In this document: positions 10,468-21,899 of the stretch, piece by piece
Layout of the letters: the number at the start of each line of letters is the position of its first letter
Numbering within the stretch: position 1 is the first letter of the stretch
Assembly (NCBI GenBank): GCA_024704765.1
Contig: JAKMXF010000361.1
Coordinates: forward strand, 1-64,000
DNA length: 64,000 nt
Direction: 5' to 3'
Origin: Oopsacas minuta
Lineage: Eukaryota; Animalia; Porifera
Position numbers and translations under genes: made by a program
The notes under the pieces: model-generated
The model's input: the letters and a program-made list of their open reading frames with translations, nothing else
Told to the model about the DNA's origin: nothing
Database searches by the model: none

Positions 10468-13400
10468 ATGGGTGAGTCTGATATTTAATAATTCACATAA
10501 GTTTATTAAAAAATTAACCACACATTCTCATTTATAGGCAGTTACTTCTCTCGTATGCTAGACGCTCTGTGGGGTCCTAAAGAAAGGAAGATTCTAATAT
10601 TAGGGCTGGATGGTGCGGGAAAGACTACAATTTTATACAAGTAAATTTGATTATTCTTCAACAAGTTTATGTAATTATTTTATGTTTTACTCATTTCTTT
10701 TTCTTTGTAGACTTCAAGTTGGTCAGGTGGTGTGCACTATACCAAGTACGTATTATTTTAGGTTATTCATATTTCTTAAACTATATTCTATAATCTCGAT
10801 TCTCTGTCTGTCTGTCTGTCTGTCTGTCTGGTTTGACATTGTATTAGCTGACTACAAATTTCGCATTTCGAAAAGGTCCACTATTTGAACTGTTAATCAC
10901 AGATGATGAATCTTTTTGCACAGATCCATTTATTTGTTGTTTTTGTGATTGTAATGTAAACAAGTACAGTAGACGTAGACTCCGCTTAGTAGACCCACCA
11001 GTAAATCGGGTCACTTCGCCAGAAACAGAACCATACAAATAGTATTAATATACCCCGGTAGATCGAGTCAACACCTATAGTACGCTTAATCGGGTCAAAA
11101 AAATGGTCGGGCCCGATGTGACCCTCTTAAGCTAGTCTACTGTATGTAAATGATGTCAACCCAATTCTCTAAAAACATTTAATTGAATAATACCATATTT
11201 AATTATGAGCACAAAGTTTTATTGAGGTGTTAAGCGTTAATTAATCGCAGAATAGACTAACAGAGCATGTCAAATTTTCTATCGGGAATCGATATACCTT
11301 GAGGATTCATCATTAATTATTTCCAGATAAAGTACGTATATTCCACTATACAAGTAATAAGCTAACTAATATGCTACACTACAACTTAGTTATGAACAGT
11401 TACATTATGAGATAATTTCACTACTGACGCTGTGGCTGTTTCTGCTTTTGTGTGTGTCTGGTGGATGCCATGATAAGTAAGTTCTGAGCTGCTAAGAGAG
11501 AGGACTTATCGTTCTGACCTGTTATTAAATGTCTGTCTATAATGACATGTAGTCCCTCTTCAGTAGCCTCTGAATAATGGCCTCCATTCTCCATGATGGC
11601 GTCAGACGGTATCAGCGGTACCTTGGCGAATATGCTAAGCTTAATGCACTCTCCTAGACAAGGAGCTGTCATGCTGTAGCCTTTGAATGCCCAGCTCTGT
11701 TCTCTATCTCTCTTTGCTGCCAGCAGACCAGACACTCCATATCCACAAGCACAGATTGGTTTCTGATCTTCAACAAATGATTCTAAAATCTCACCCAGCT
11801 TGTTGCTAGAAGCAAGATCATACAGAGCTCCTGGACAGCTAGGGAGAATCAGAGCATCATATCTCTTCGGGCTTATAGTCTCTAGTATCTGTTCTTTTGC
11901 TAGTTGTTTAGTTCTAAAATCTGTAACCCATTTGCTAGACTCCTCATCCATGTTGACAAAGTACATGGGCTGTCCCTCAGGTGTCACAATGTGTACATTG
12001 AATGATGCACTTGCTAATGTGAAGAAATGCACGAAGCTGTGAACGTTAACTCCTTCAGGCCTACTGCTGCAAATACACAGACACAATAGCTTCTGACTGC
12101 TTGACATCAGTTATGTGTAGAGAATGGCTGTAAATGGCTAAATGCTAGTGAATTATCTGTAGAGCTAGTGTAATGTAATAGCAGTAGGATTCCTGGATTC
12201 ATGGTTATATTTTATGAAATGGTGTAAGGACCTAGCTCAGTGACATCGAAACTAAATCTTTTAATAAATTATCCCGCGCGGACATTAAATGAAATGCTAC
12301 TGTAATACACATGTGAGCATGTTAAATATATTTCAATGGGTAAAGCGGTCAAAATGGCGAAAAATAGACAAAGGCAAACGTGAAGTATATATAGGTAATA
12401 TTAACCCTTTCAAAAGTCTACGGAACTTTATAAAGTGGAACGAATGATTAATGTGGTCTATACGTTTGTATTGGATATACTCTATATCTATACTGTATGC
12501 TATGGCTGTTCAAACGTTACGTAACGATACAAGGGCAGGGGGATGGTATGTAAAGTGTGACAGCCCCGTTCTTTTTGTATTATAAAACGGTCCAAAAGTA
12601 TGAGGAAGGACTCTAAATATTTATGGAATTTGCGTTACATAACGTTTGAACGGCGCGTATATCAATAAGAATACAAGACCCGCGGACAAGAAGTGTTCGC
12701 GAGCCGTGCAGCCCAAGAATGCAAAGCTTGCTTGTAAATTATAATGTATCGTAACATAATGCAAACCTCGACATAATGTACTGCTATATCCAGTATTATT
12801 TCTATGTTCTATGATTAATAAATGTATTATTTAGCAATAGGATTCAACATGGAGACAGTTATATACAAGAACCTCAAATTTCACGGTTCGTTTATTTATT
12901 AGCTAATGAGAATATTATTGTACATGTATGTTCACCAATTGTTGTCTTTCTAGTTTGGGATCTTGGAGGTAAAGGATATATATGTATATACGTATTGTAT
13001 ATCAGTTCATCAAATCGACGGAGTTATTTGATACTATTATTTATTCTATTACTTATTTTTACATGATTTAATACTTTTTCATTTTTTATAACCTAATTAT
13101 TTACATTATCTATCATTTTTAGGTCAAACAAGCATTAGGTATGTCATAATATGTATGTACTGTCGACTGCAACCTCTATAAGGGGGGGTAATTTTGGGCA
13201 ATTTTAGATTCGCCGTCCTGACCTCTCCCACTTATAGAGGTTCTAGTGTATTTCAATTTCTAATCAAATTATATGATACTTTTGTAGCCTTTAATCGTGA
13301 CCTATTCAATAATTCGACTTCGATTGGTAATATATTATTTAGTTTGCAACGTTTACTGTATTTATTGTTGTAAATTCAGCAAAATTCCAATTTATAACTG

Positions 13401-14189
13401 AAACATTCATTAATGGTTTGCTTTCAGACCTTACTGGAGATGTTATTACGGACACACAGATGCAGTAATATACGTTATTGATAGCTGTGACAGAGACAGA
13501 CTAGGCATTTCAGCTTCAGAGTTCATTGCTATGATGGAAGTAAGTAATTAGCAGAGGATATTATTTGAATATTATTTATGGTGATTTAATACAAAAGGAA
13601 GATGAGTTGAAGAATTCTATCCTTATGATATTTGCTAACAAACAAGACATGGAGAATCCTCTTACCCCAACCGAAATATCAAAATCTCTAGGATTGGGTG
13701 CTCTGAAGAACAGAACATGGAGTATATTCAAGACTTCTGCGATAAATGGAGAAGGACTTGAAGAAGCTATGAACTGGTTAGAATTCCCTACTATTGATAT
13801 TGTAATTGTAGTTCTAATGAGCAACTGCAGAGCTAGCACGGCTTAATTACGTAGATATAACACAGCCATGAGATTTATTTGAATGGTTAATTACGTGCAC
13901 CTATCCCAATTCCACTCTTTCATTGTCTGCATACTCGGTAATTAATTAAATATTGTTACTCGTAACATTTACTGTGCTAGTAAGTGAACGACTCAGAGAT
14001 TGCATTTACAGAATTTCTTGTTATCTAACCAGACTGTAGTTACGAAATTAGAAAATATTGAAAATACATAATGATGTGTACAAACCGCCTACAATATAAA
14101 ATGTTTACCGTATTCGCTTATTAATGGTTTTTCATTTAATTGATACACTTTACAGGCTTGTACAGACACTACAAGGTGGCAAGAGCTAA
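10468..14189 (+). CDS. ARL1: ADP-ribosylation factor-like 1 (182 aa, 9 exons)
   Basis: Exons 10468-10471, 10538-10640, 10711-10745, 12835-12885, 12954-12968, 13123-13138, 13428-13539, 13598-13776, 14156-14189 sum to 549 nt. Motifs [37 protein letters not shown]. Confidence 0.93.
10967..11143. mobile_element. pogo-like MITE in ARL1 intron 3
   Basis: TA-CAGTAGAC...GTCTACTG-TA with inverted subterminal GGGTCAC/GTGACCC. Confidence 0.55.
11421..12107 (-). CDS. GATD1: Glutamine amidotransferase-like class 1 domain protein 1 (DJ-1/PfpI fold), intronless, nested antisense in ARL1 intron 3
   Basis: [54 protein letters not shown] and [13 protein letters not shown] match GATD1/PDDC1. Confidence 0.92.
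   Translation of the reverse strand: MSSSQKLLCLCICSSRPEGVNVHSFVHFFTLASASFNVHIVTPEGQPMYFVNMDEESSKWVTDFRTKQLAKEQILETISPKRYDALILPSCPGALYDLASSNKLGEILESFVEDQKPICACGYGVSGLLAAKRDREQSWAFKGYSMTAPCLGECIKLSIFAKVPLIPSDAIMENGGHYSEATEEGLHVIIDRHLITGQNDKSSLLAAQNLLIMASTRHTQKQKQPQRQ
12650..12734 (+). repeat. 3' end fragment of Helitron-like family D
   Basis: GC-rich GTTCGC..GCCCAAG..GCTTG|T terminus shared, in reverse orientation, with 17917 and 28603. Confidence 0.4.
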
Positions 14190-14618
14190 CTATCTATCCT
14201 AAATCACTCCAAACACACATTCACAAATCATATCTGAGCATTGGTAGAAGAATGAGGGATACTATTCTCGCTTGCTTGTTAATGTATTGGACTATTTCAT
14301 TTTGTATATTAGTAGATTGAATACTGTCTGACATTAAACTGTATTTTACGTTAAACAATATTCACAATTATCTATAATTTAATTGATTATATAAATTCCG
14401 CTTCATCTCTGTGACAGATTTATTGTAAATTCTAATACTACAGTAGTAGTTAGTAGTATTGAACTTATTACAATTGTATCGACCATATAGCTTTGAGAGC
14501 TTGTTTTGCAATTTTGATAATTGTTATTTTTAAAACACAACTACGTAATAGATTCAGCCGGGAAAACACTACTCATTGTCGAATACGATCCCAATATCCA
14601 GAATGTCTTCAATATATT

Positions 14619-14915
14619 CAGGGTTGTCATAGGAACTGATTTTCAATTCCCATTCCCATCCCCACAGTATTTCTGTGGGAATTCCCATGGGGTTTCCCAA
14701 TAGGGTTATTCATATGGCTTTTCCTTTTTAGGATTTCCTGCCCCACGAAATCTTATGGGAGACAACGTTATGTTACTCCAAGGAATGGGAAATGCCTCCA
14801 ACGAAATTACAATGAAATGGAAAAAAGAGTTCATTCATCTCATGAGAATGCACCTGTCTTAGTACAGAGAATTCATGGGAATTCCTATGAGTTTTCCATA
14901 CCCACGGCAACCCCG
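14619..14915. mobile_element. Non-autonomous hAT element
   Basis: Imperfect TIRs CAGGGTTGTC / CGGGGTTGCC. Perfect 8-bp TSD AATATATT (14611-14618 and 14916-14923). Internal GGGAATTCCCATGGG palindromes. Confidence 0.75.
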
Positions 14916-15766
14916 AATATATTCCTTGACCTCAATGCGTACACCAAACTCCAAATTTATGCTGCTCACTTCACTGCACTAATCTCTTAAAGAAACACCT
15001 TTGCAAAAAATTGATTTTTTTGTCGAAATAATTTCTAATTGTTGCTACGGTGCAGTAGTACTCTACAATAATGAAAATTGTTGGTGGCTTACAACTTCTA
15101 GGTAACCGCGTAACCCTATTTGGGTACTTTGACATATTTTTGGTGGTTTTTGCTGTTTGTATAGCTTTACCATCAAATCACTACTATTATCGAGCACTTA
15201 TTGTTTGTTATGCACACAATGATTTATCAGAAGATTAGATCATTGTAATTTCATTTTTCTATAAATCGTTCTTTTGTTCTATTGATATTACATTTTCTAT
15301 TATTCGCTTTCTACTAACAATATAACTGACTCCAACTACAGTCCATTATATTGGATTATTTTCATTTATTGTGTTTGGATGGATTGTACATTTCATCTGT
15401 CAAATCATGCCATGTACAGTTTCTTGCAACTTCTTGGATTCTTACATACTACTTACTTTGTATGTAATTTTGGACACAATACTGTTGGAAACTAAGAATT
15501 AGCTTTACACATTATGCATATGGCAATGGGTACAAGTTATACAAATAGGATTATAATTTGCATTGTTTCTTTAGTGTTTTAATTAATAAGTTTAATCCAT
15601 GCACTGTGAAATGTTTGAATTTTCGGAGAAGTTCACTTTTTAAGGGTGATCCAGTTTATAGTGTAACAACTCTCTGACTTAGAAGAATATGAAATATCCC
15701 ATAATTCCCATAAGATTTATATTGATTATTTTTCACGAATTAGCATTTGTACTCAGTTTAATTATA

Positions 15767-16912
15767 ATGCATAGAAGTAACAATGGACAAGCAGACCCCC
15801 TAAAACAGATGGTAGCTGAAGCAATGCTCCTTAGTGACAATAAATTGTGTCAAGAATGTCACTGTCGCGGCCCTCACACCTGGACGTCCTGGAACCTTGG
15901 TGTGTTCCTCTGCATGCGTTGTGCTGGAATACATAGGAAGTTAGGTGTGCATATTTCTAAAGTAAAATCTTGCACACTAGATCACTGGCAGTCTTACCAA
16001 GTTGATTCTCTGGTCTCTAAAGGCAACAAGCAATCTTGGCTATATTACGAGCATAATCTACCTGAAGGCTATGTCAGACCAAACGATACATCATCTCTAG
16101 AAGTATTCATTCGTAACAAATATGAACGCAAGTTGTATAATCCGCGAGACGGGAGTGTCCGTCCTCCTGGCGAGCAAGTTCGGAGCTCAACTCCTCCTCC
16201 TGAGGTCAAGAAATCGCCTCCAGTGACTAAAGAGGAACCAAAAGTTGTGGAAAAGAAATCCGATAAGAAAATAGAGGAAACTAAAAGCTCTCTAACCATC
16301 CCATCTGTACCCTCCCGCCCAAGATCCCAACCCTCCAGCCCCGTTACGTTACAGAGCAAAAGGTCAGATGAGAATTCTCTCTTGCTTGATATTGGTACTG
16401 GAATTACTACTAGTCGCTCTGAATCTGATTTCGCATTTCTTGATGTTGAGAAATTGTTTACTTCTAATACTTCTTCTAAGCTAGGCACTCATCCTTCAAA
16501 CTCCCTGCCTCTTGTACAGAGTACAGAGTCTCCTGGAATAGATTTCCTAGAACCACTAGTTGCATCTTCTAATCTTCAAATGGATACTAACCAGATAATT
16601 TCTCTTTATCAGGTGCGTGCACAGACAAGTGCAATAAGAACAGGTCCTAACTACCAACCTAGATTTTGTGCCCCTCAGCCTCAATATTATCAGCCCAATG
16701 CTTCTGCTTATAGACAGCAACAGCAGAAGATGGTGAATGATGCTGCAGACATACAGAAGACTCTTAACGCTATGAAAACACCATCTGGCTGGATAATGCA
16801 GCCTACAACTGCTGCTAATGGAACTGAATCTAATGATCCCTGGGATAAAACTCTTGCAAATGGAACTCAAAGTCAGCCTGGACAAACCTTATCTCAGGAC
16901 CTCTGGCTCTAA
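15767..16912 (+). CDS. SMAP1: SMAP-type ArfGAP (stromal membrane-associated protein-like), intronless
   Basis: ArfGAP zinc finger CQEC-x17-CMRC, then AGIHRKLGVHISKVKS.TLD.W and FIRNKYERKLY, followed by a low-complexity tail. Start placed at ATG 15767 (the ORF track opens at 15689). SMAP1 versus SMAP2 not resolvable. Confidence 0.85.
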   Translation: MHRSNNGQADPLKQMVAEAMLLSDNKLCQECHCRGPHTWTSWNLGVFLCMRCAGIHRKLGVHISKVKSCTLDHWQSYQVDSLVSKGNKQSWLYYEHNLPEGYVRPNDTSSLEVFIRNKYERKLYNPRDGSVRPPGEQVRSSTPPPEVKKSPPVTKEEPKVVEKKSDKKIEETKSSLTIPSVPSRPRSQPSSPVTLQSKRSDENSLLLDIGTGITTSRSESDFAFLDVEKLFTSNTSSKLGTHPSNSLPLVQSTESPGIDFLEPLVASSNLQMDTNQIISLYQVRAQTSAIRTGPNYQPRFCAPQPQYYQPNASAYRQQQQKMVNDAADIQKTLNAMKTPSGWIMQPTTAANGTESNDPWDKTLANGTQSQPGQTLSQDLWL

Positions 16913-17289
16913 GGTTAAATTAACCTTAATATTGTAACAAGAGTAACAATGTGTGCATAAATATCTCCTGTGTTATATGTACATGCTGGTTTTAGCACTA
17001 ACCAGGGATGCTATTTTATTTCTTAATAATTATTCAATATTAATATTCATTGTTCATACTAGGTAGTAATATTATATTAACCACAAGGCTTGCTATTCTG
17101 ATTACTGTGAATATATTAATAATCATAAACTAGTATTATTGACAGACTAGCATGGGATATTAGCTGTTTAAATTTGAATATCAGCTGTTTTTAATTCACT
17201 ATTTAGTTTTATTTACTAGAGACAAATTCCTTTCCAACTACGGTAATATATCTATGCTATTATACGCAATTAATCTATTGTGTATGTGT

Positions 17290-17527
17290 GAAGTGCCGAG
17301 ATTACTAGCCAAAAGCGACGGAGCATCTTTAGTGTCACCACAGAATATCATTGAATGTAATTTGGATGGACCATAGATAATAAAGTCTTAAAATTTTAAA
17401 TATTCTGTGAATTCGAGGCATGTAGTGCGGAGTATATTCTGTTGCGAAGCGTCCAATAACATTATAAAATTTAGCTATTCAAAAGTTAAGCTAACCTGGA
17501 GTACAAAGCTGTCGTGAAGCGCGCTAG
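17290..17527 (+). mobile_element. Helitron-like non-autonomous family C
   Basis: Ends in GC-rich GAAGCGCGCTAG|T. Homologous to the reverse-oriented copy at 29513-30192 and the end at 30479. Confidence 0.45.
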
Positions 17528-17916
17528 TTTACATATATATCACACACTGAGATGCAATCACATAAGTATAAACTGGATTGTATGTGTGAGGTGAAATGTT
17601 TGGAAATTTTCATTCAAAAAATTTCCAAAAAGTGCTAATATTCCTTGCTATAACGGCAAAAAATGTAACTTTTGAGCGAAAGTTTTGCGAGATAGATAAA
17701 TTCAGCCAATTTGGGATAGGATTAGAACGTTCAATCGACTTTTTCAAGTTACTTATGCACAAACAATGTTTCTCAATGTGTGTGTCTCTGCCCATTTATA
17801 GGCCAAGCGATTTTAGAAGTGTGCTCAGGATAATACATATCTTATTCTGAAATCTGGTAATCATTATTTCTCATATTACTACTAAGAATGAAAGTTATTA
17901 GCTCTCTTAATTAATG

Positions 17917-18693
17917 CAAGGCGATTCGCTTGCTTGGGCTGCCGCTGCTTGGGCTGCCGCTGCTTGGGCTGCCGCTGCTTGGGCTGCCGCTGCTTGGGCG
18001 AACACGTCGTGTTCGTAATATTCGCCCTTCGTGCGCCTCCTCGATCCTCTATCATCACTATATCTATCATAAGACTATGTTTGTATACTGGTAGCTATAT
18101 GACTGATAATAAATTAGTTATCAGATGGAAATTCGTGCTGGGCTATGTATTATTATCTAAGCCATCAATTTACAGTCTCAGATAATAATTACGAATAAAT
18201 ACAACTTTTACATTCAATTAAACCAGTATCAGCTTGTTATTTAAACCATTAAAATGACACAATAATATGTCAATATAGTGGTAGTTACAGAGGCTACTTA
18301 CTGCTTAAAAATTAATTCACAACATAGTTACATGTTTATTCAATTGGAATTTTAAGAATTTTGCGAAATTGGAACTATAAAATACTATTTTGCATTCAAA
18401 TTAACATGTATTAGAGCCTAACATCTGTTAGGGCAGATTTTCTTAATTGATAAACCCTCAAATCTGATTGGCCAATACATTTGACACCTATCCAGAGAGT
18501 TTATGTGATATCGCTTAGATATTAGAGTATGTTCCTAGATTTATCAAATTCCATATATCTGCCAAATTTCACGTTTGTAGCTCTTATCAATTCCTCAACC
18601 TAGAGTCACTACTTCCCAATACATTTAGTATGAGATATAACATTTTGTCACCTTTTCTTAGAGATAAAAGAAGATTTAGCTTAGAAATTTAAA
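17917..18693 (-). mobile_element. Helitron-like dispersed repeat family D, copy 1
   Basis: Homologous to 28603-29308. GC-rich terminus with TTCGCCCTTCG hairpin core, ending CTTG on the minus strand. Confidence 0.55.
17931..17999. repeat. 15-bp tandem repeat (TGCTTGGGCTGCCGC) x4.6
   Basis: Four exact units plus a 9-nt partial unit, read directly from the sequence. Confidence 0.95.
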
Positions 18694-19160
18694 ATTTCTA
18701 AGTTTGACCAAGTTGCATACACATGATAATTTTCAAATTCGTAACTCTTACCAATTCTTCAATCAACTTGAACAAACCATAACAAACAACCGTCGAGATT
18801 TAATATATAAGATTATGTAAAAGCATACAACAATGAATTTACATTTACAAACTTGAAGTAATGACTCTTGAGAGTTGAAAAGTCCATTATTCATACCTTG
18901 ATCATACAAGAATCATAGTTATATGCTGTTAATCTATAATCCTCATATGTTCCCAATATTAGATTGGCGAAGCGTATTTTAACTGTTTTCAGAGATAATT
19001 ATGGTTACATGTATGACTATGAGTAATGCTTATTATTATTACTATTATGTGTAATCTGTTTTCTGGACAGGATCATGCGTATAAAGATTGATAAAATGCT
19101 ACATCAGTTAAGATTAGAGCAATAAACAAATACCTAATATTGAATTTCAGTAGTTAGTCG

Positions 19161-21730
19161 TTAAGTAAGATATCTGTGTATGAGCATGAGAGAGATCACT
19201 GCATATGCTAAGAAGAATGCAAATATTCTTATACAAGCCAGCAGAGGTATCCACAGAGGGTAATGATATACAGCACTGAAGAGACATACATTATGCCCGA
19301 GACCAGGATGATCATCTTTTGAGAAGTGAGAGTTTGTTAGTTTGTTTGTTATTAACGAAATTTGCTTGGAGTTGCGGCTAGAAATATTATGAAAGTTGTA
19401 CATCTGACTAGTATTAACTCCCTTCATTAATAGTCTGTTGAGGTGGTAATGAACTGTTTGGCTAGGACACGGGTTTTCGCCAGAGCAATACAAGGTATAT
19501 ATAGCTCTTTTAGTTGTCGTGCACTTTATTCTGCCTTCTTCACAAATTGTATTACTGATACAAACTGACTTCCAGGTTTCGTCAAATTTCTATAGTAAGG
19601 ATGCATAGTTTATCTGCTTGAGGATTGTATATTTTTGCGTTAGGAATATAGCATGGAAATGGAACATCTTTTTCTTCAAAAATATTATGAATATATGATC
19701 CTTGTGGCAGCTAAAATGTTGTATCGTATGTCACAATTACGTCATCATTAGTAACTTGTTGTTCCTGTTTATATGATGATATCGGTGATGTATAGAAATT
19801 AATAGAATCTAGACATGTTGGATTCTTGTAGGTAAATTGATTTGGATATGGAACAGGATCAAGATGTGTAATTGGCGAGTAATACAATGAATATTCCAAA
19901 CATCCATCACAATCAAACACAGATCTAGATTCCTTTGTGAGAAAATCTCCAGGGCCTAGTGACAAAGGAGTAGTTGATCTCAAACTTAGGAATTGGCTAC
20001 AAAATCCACTGATTAGTAGCGACGTAATCAATATTGTCACGATATGATGACAGAGAACTATTCTGTCTTCATTAGGTAGTTTCATATGATGAGGGGTGTT
20101 TAACAGATTAGCCGGGGTAATATGCAATTCCTTAAAATCTTCAATTCTGTATCGATACTTGTTCTTCTTTCCAAACACTTTTCCAAATAAAAACCACAAT
20201 TTCCATAGGAACAGGATATAGAGGAGTGGAGTTATGAGATATATTAGACCTGTGAAGATCCCAATAACGACTTGAGTAGTCAGGAATTGATTTTCATTGT
20301 AATTGCTGTCAAATGAAACGAACAGGAAAATGAAATAACATTCTAATACGCTAGTTAATAATTGAAGAAATAGTGTTGTTATGAATCCAATACAGAATAT
20401 TCTGAACATTTTTATGGAAACCTCAACCTTTTGGAACTGTCTACACCGATCCCTCCAATCAGCGAGAGATTATTCCTGTGAGAGATTTCTTTCTCTCTAA
20501 TTATTCGTATTGCAACGCGTACAAGAGCGAATGACGCAAAAGTAATGATTCCATTCTCAAATAGTTGAATTAACCGCCTGAATAGAGGGAAAGGTATATA
20601 CAGTATGTCCCGAAAGTTTTTTCCTATTGCATTACATATTATATTATAGACCCTTAGTTCAAATAATCTCACTAACTAAGATATACATTATTTTTATGAT
20701 TGATATGTGTATTTAGAGAAGGGTGACTTATCATTTTTCCCAAAGGCATTATATTCTTCTCGAATTATTTTGTAATTACAAATTTCTTTTTTTCCTGGAA
20801 ATTAGATGTCGAATTTTGGGAATCCCAGAGCAATTATCCTACGTTCGAAGGCAAAACAGTGTGGTCTAATATGAATCCGACTTACTTCGAAAATTGATAG
20901 ATGGGATGCCAGCAAGAATGAGAAAATGTGTAGATTTGGAAGGAGGTTATATCGGAAAGTAATTAAACGCCTATGGCACGTAACACTAATTATATAGGTA
21001 TTTATCTAATAGGAAAAAACTTTCGGGACATACTGTATAAGGTAACTACTTACTTTGTATATGTCCTGAAACATGGAGAGATGTCATTACGGTGTTCATG
21101 ATCCAATAAAGAATATTAGAATTCCTAAACAGCCCATATATCACACGAATAATGAATATTTTCAGGAAGAAGCGAAGCGAAAATTCACGATTTTGAAGAT
21201 AGCAAGTAATTTGGTATATAAACAAGGCTGCGAATAGCAATACAATCATAACTCAAGCACGATAAAGCCTCGATGGTATAGAGTACATAGTTATTTGTCG
21301 GAATTGCTAAATATTTCAATTGGTATTCCCCTCTTTTGTCAGGAAATAGTGTATTAACGATAGTTGGTATTCACTGGGTATAAGCATCTTTCCTCAGTCC
21401 ACTGTAGAGAAATAGCATATAAGCACCATTGACGTTGATTAGAATTATGAACGTCAGGTAGAATATTAACGATACAATGAGACAGTATATGATCTTGAAA
21501 TGATCATAGTACGCTACATACTGGGTAACATCCTCATTATTACTGTTTTGCTGTACTATTTTTTTGTATTCTAATACTTGTTTGTATAATTCTGCTGCTA
21601 GCCTTATTACAATTGGATAGCTTAATATTGCAATTACAATCTGAGCTACAAATATCGGTAAATATATAAAGAACGTGTAAAGTTCCTGGGTGTTGACACC
21701 TATCATTAACATGTCCCATAGAGGAGTCAT
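19161..21730 (-). pseudogene. Decayed multi-pass membrane protein gene (7TM-like N-half plus TM-ectodomain-TM C-half)
   Basis: Collinear hydrophobic ORF pieces 21371-21730, 21046-21249, 20412-20577, 19711-20409, 19161-19590. In-frame stops at 21371 and 19711 with protein-like read-through, at least three frameshifts, and a TE insertion at 20601-21035. Confidence 0.55.
20601..21035 (+). mobile_element. Internally deleted Tc1-type element (435 bp) retaining the transposase C-terminus
   Basis: Perfect 28-bp TIRs CAGTATGTCCCGAAAGTTTTTTCCTATT with TA on both sides. Internal LIDGMPARMRKCVDLEGGYIGK* resembles LMDGMPKRIHKCIELSGGYIGK* of the element at 1-976. Confidence 0.9.
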
Positions 21731-21899
21731 TACAATATTTGCTCGAATTTAATATTGACTACTGAATATGAATATTGGAATTGTTCTGTAGTTTTCTTTA
21801 GTTTAGGAATATACACAATATTTGAGAGATTGAATTACAATCATTCTTCTTGTACTCCTCCAGGTTATTTGATAGGAATAGTATTAATTAATTCATAAG

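Noticed and set aside
14987-15642. Possible TTAA-flanked (Kolobok-like) element between ARL1 and SMAP
   Set aside because: The termini match too poorly to define.
15689-15766. Longer SMAP N-terminus (MKYPIIPIRF...) in the ORF track
   Set aside because: The composition is intron/outron-like with a CAG 10 nt before ATG 15767, which is the more plausible start.
1401-16912. Functional cluster of trafficking genes (PACSIN, RABL2, ARL1, GATD1, SMAP)
   Set aside because: They are interleaved with unrelated mitochondrial genes, and such categories are common enough to co-occur by chance.
17882-18185. ORFs with KQRQP and CRCLG repeats
   Set aside because: They are translations of the 15-bp minisatellite inside a dispersed repeat, with no coding context.
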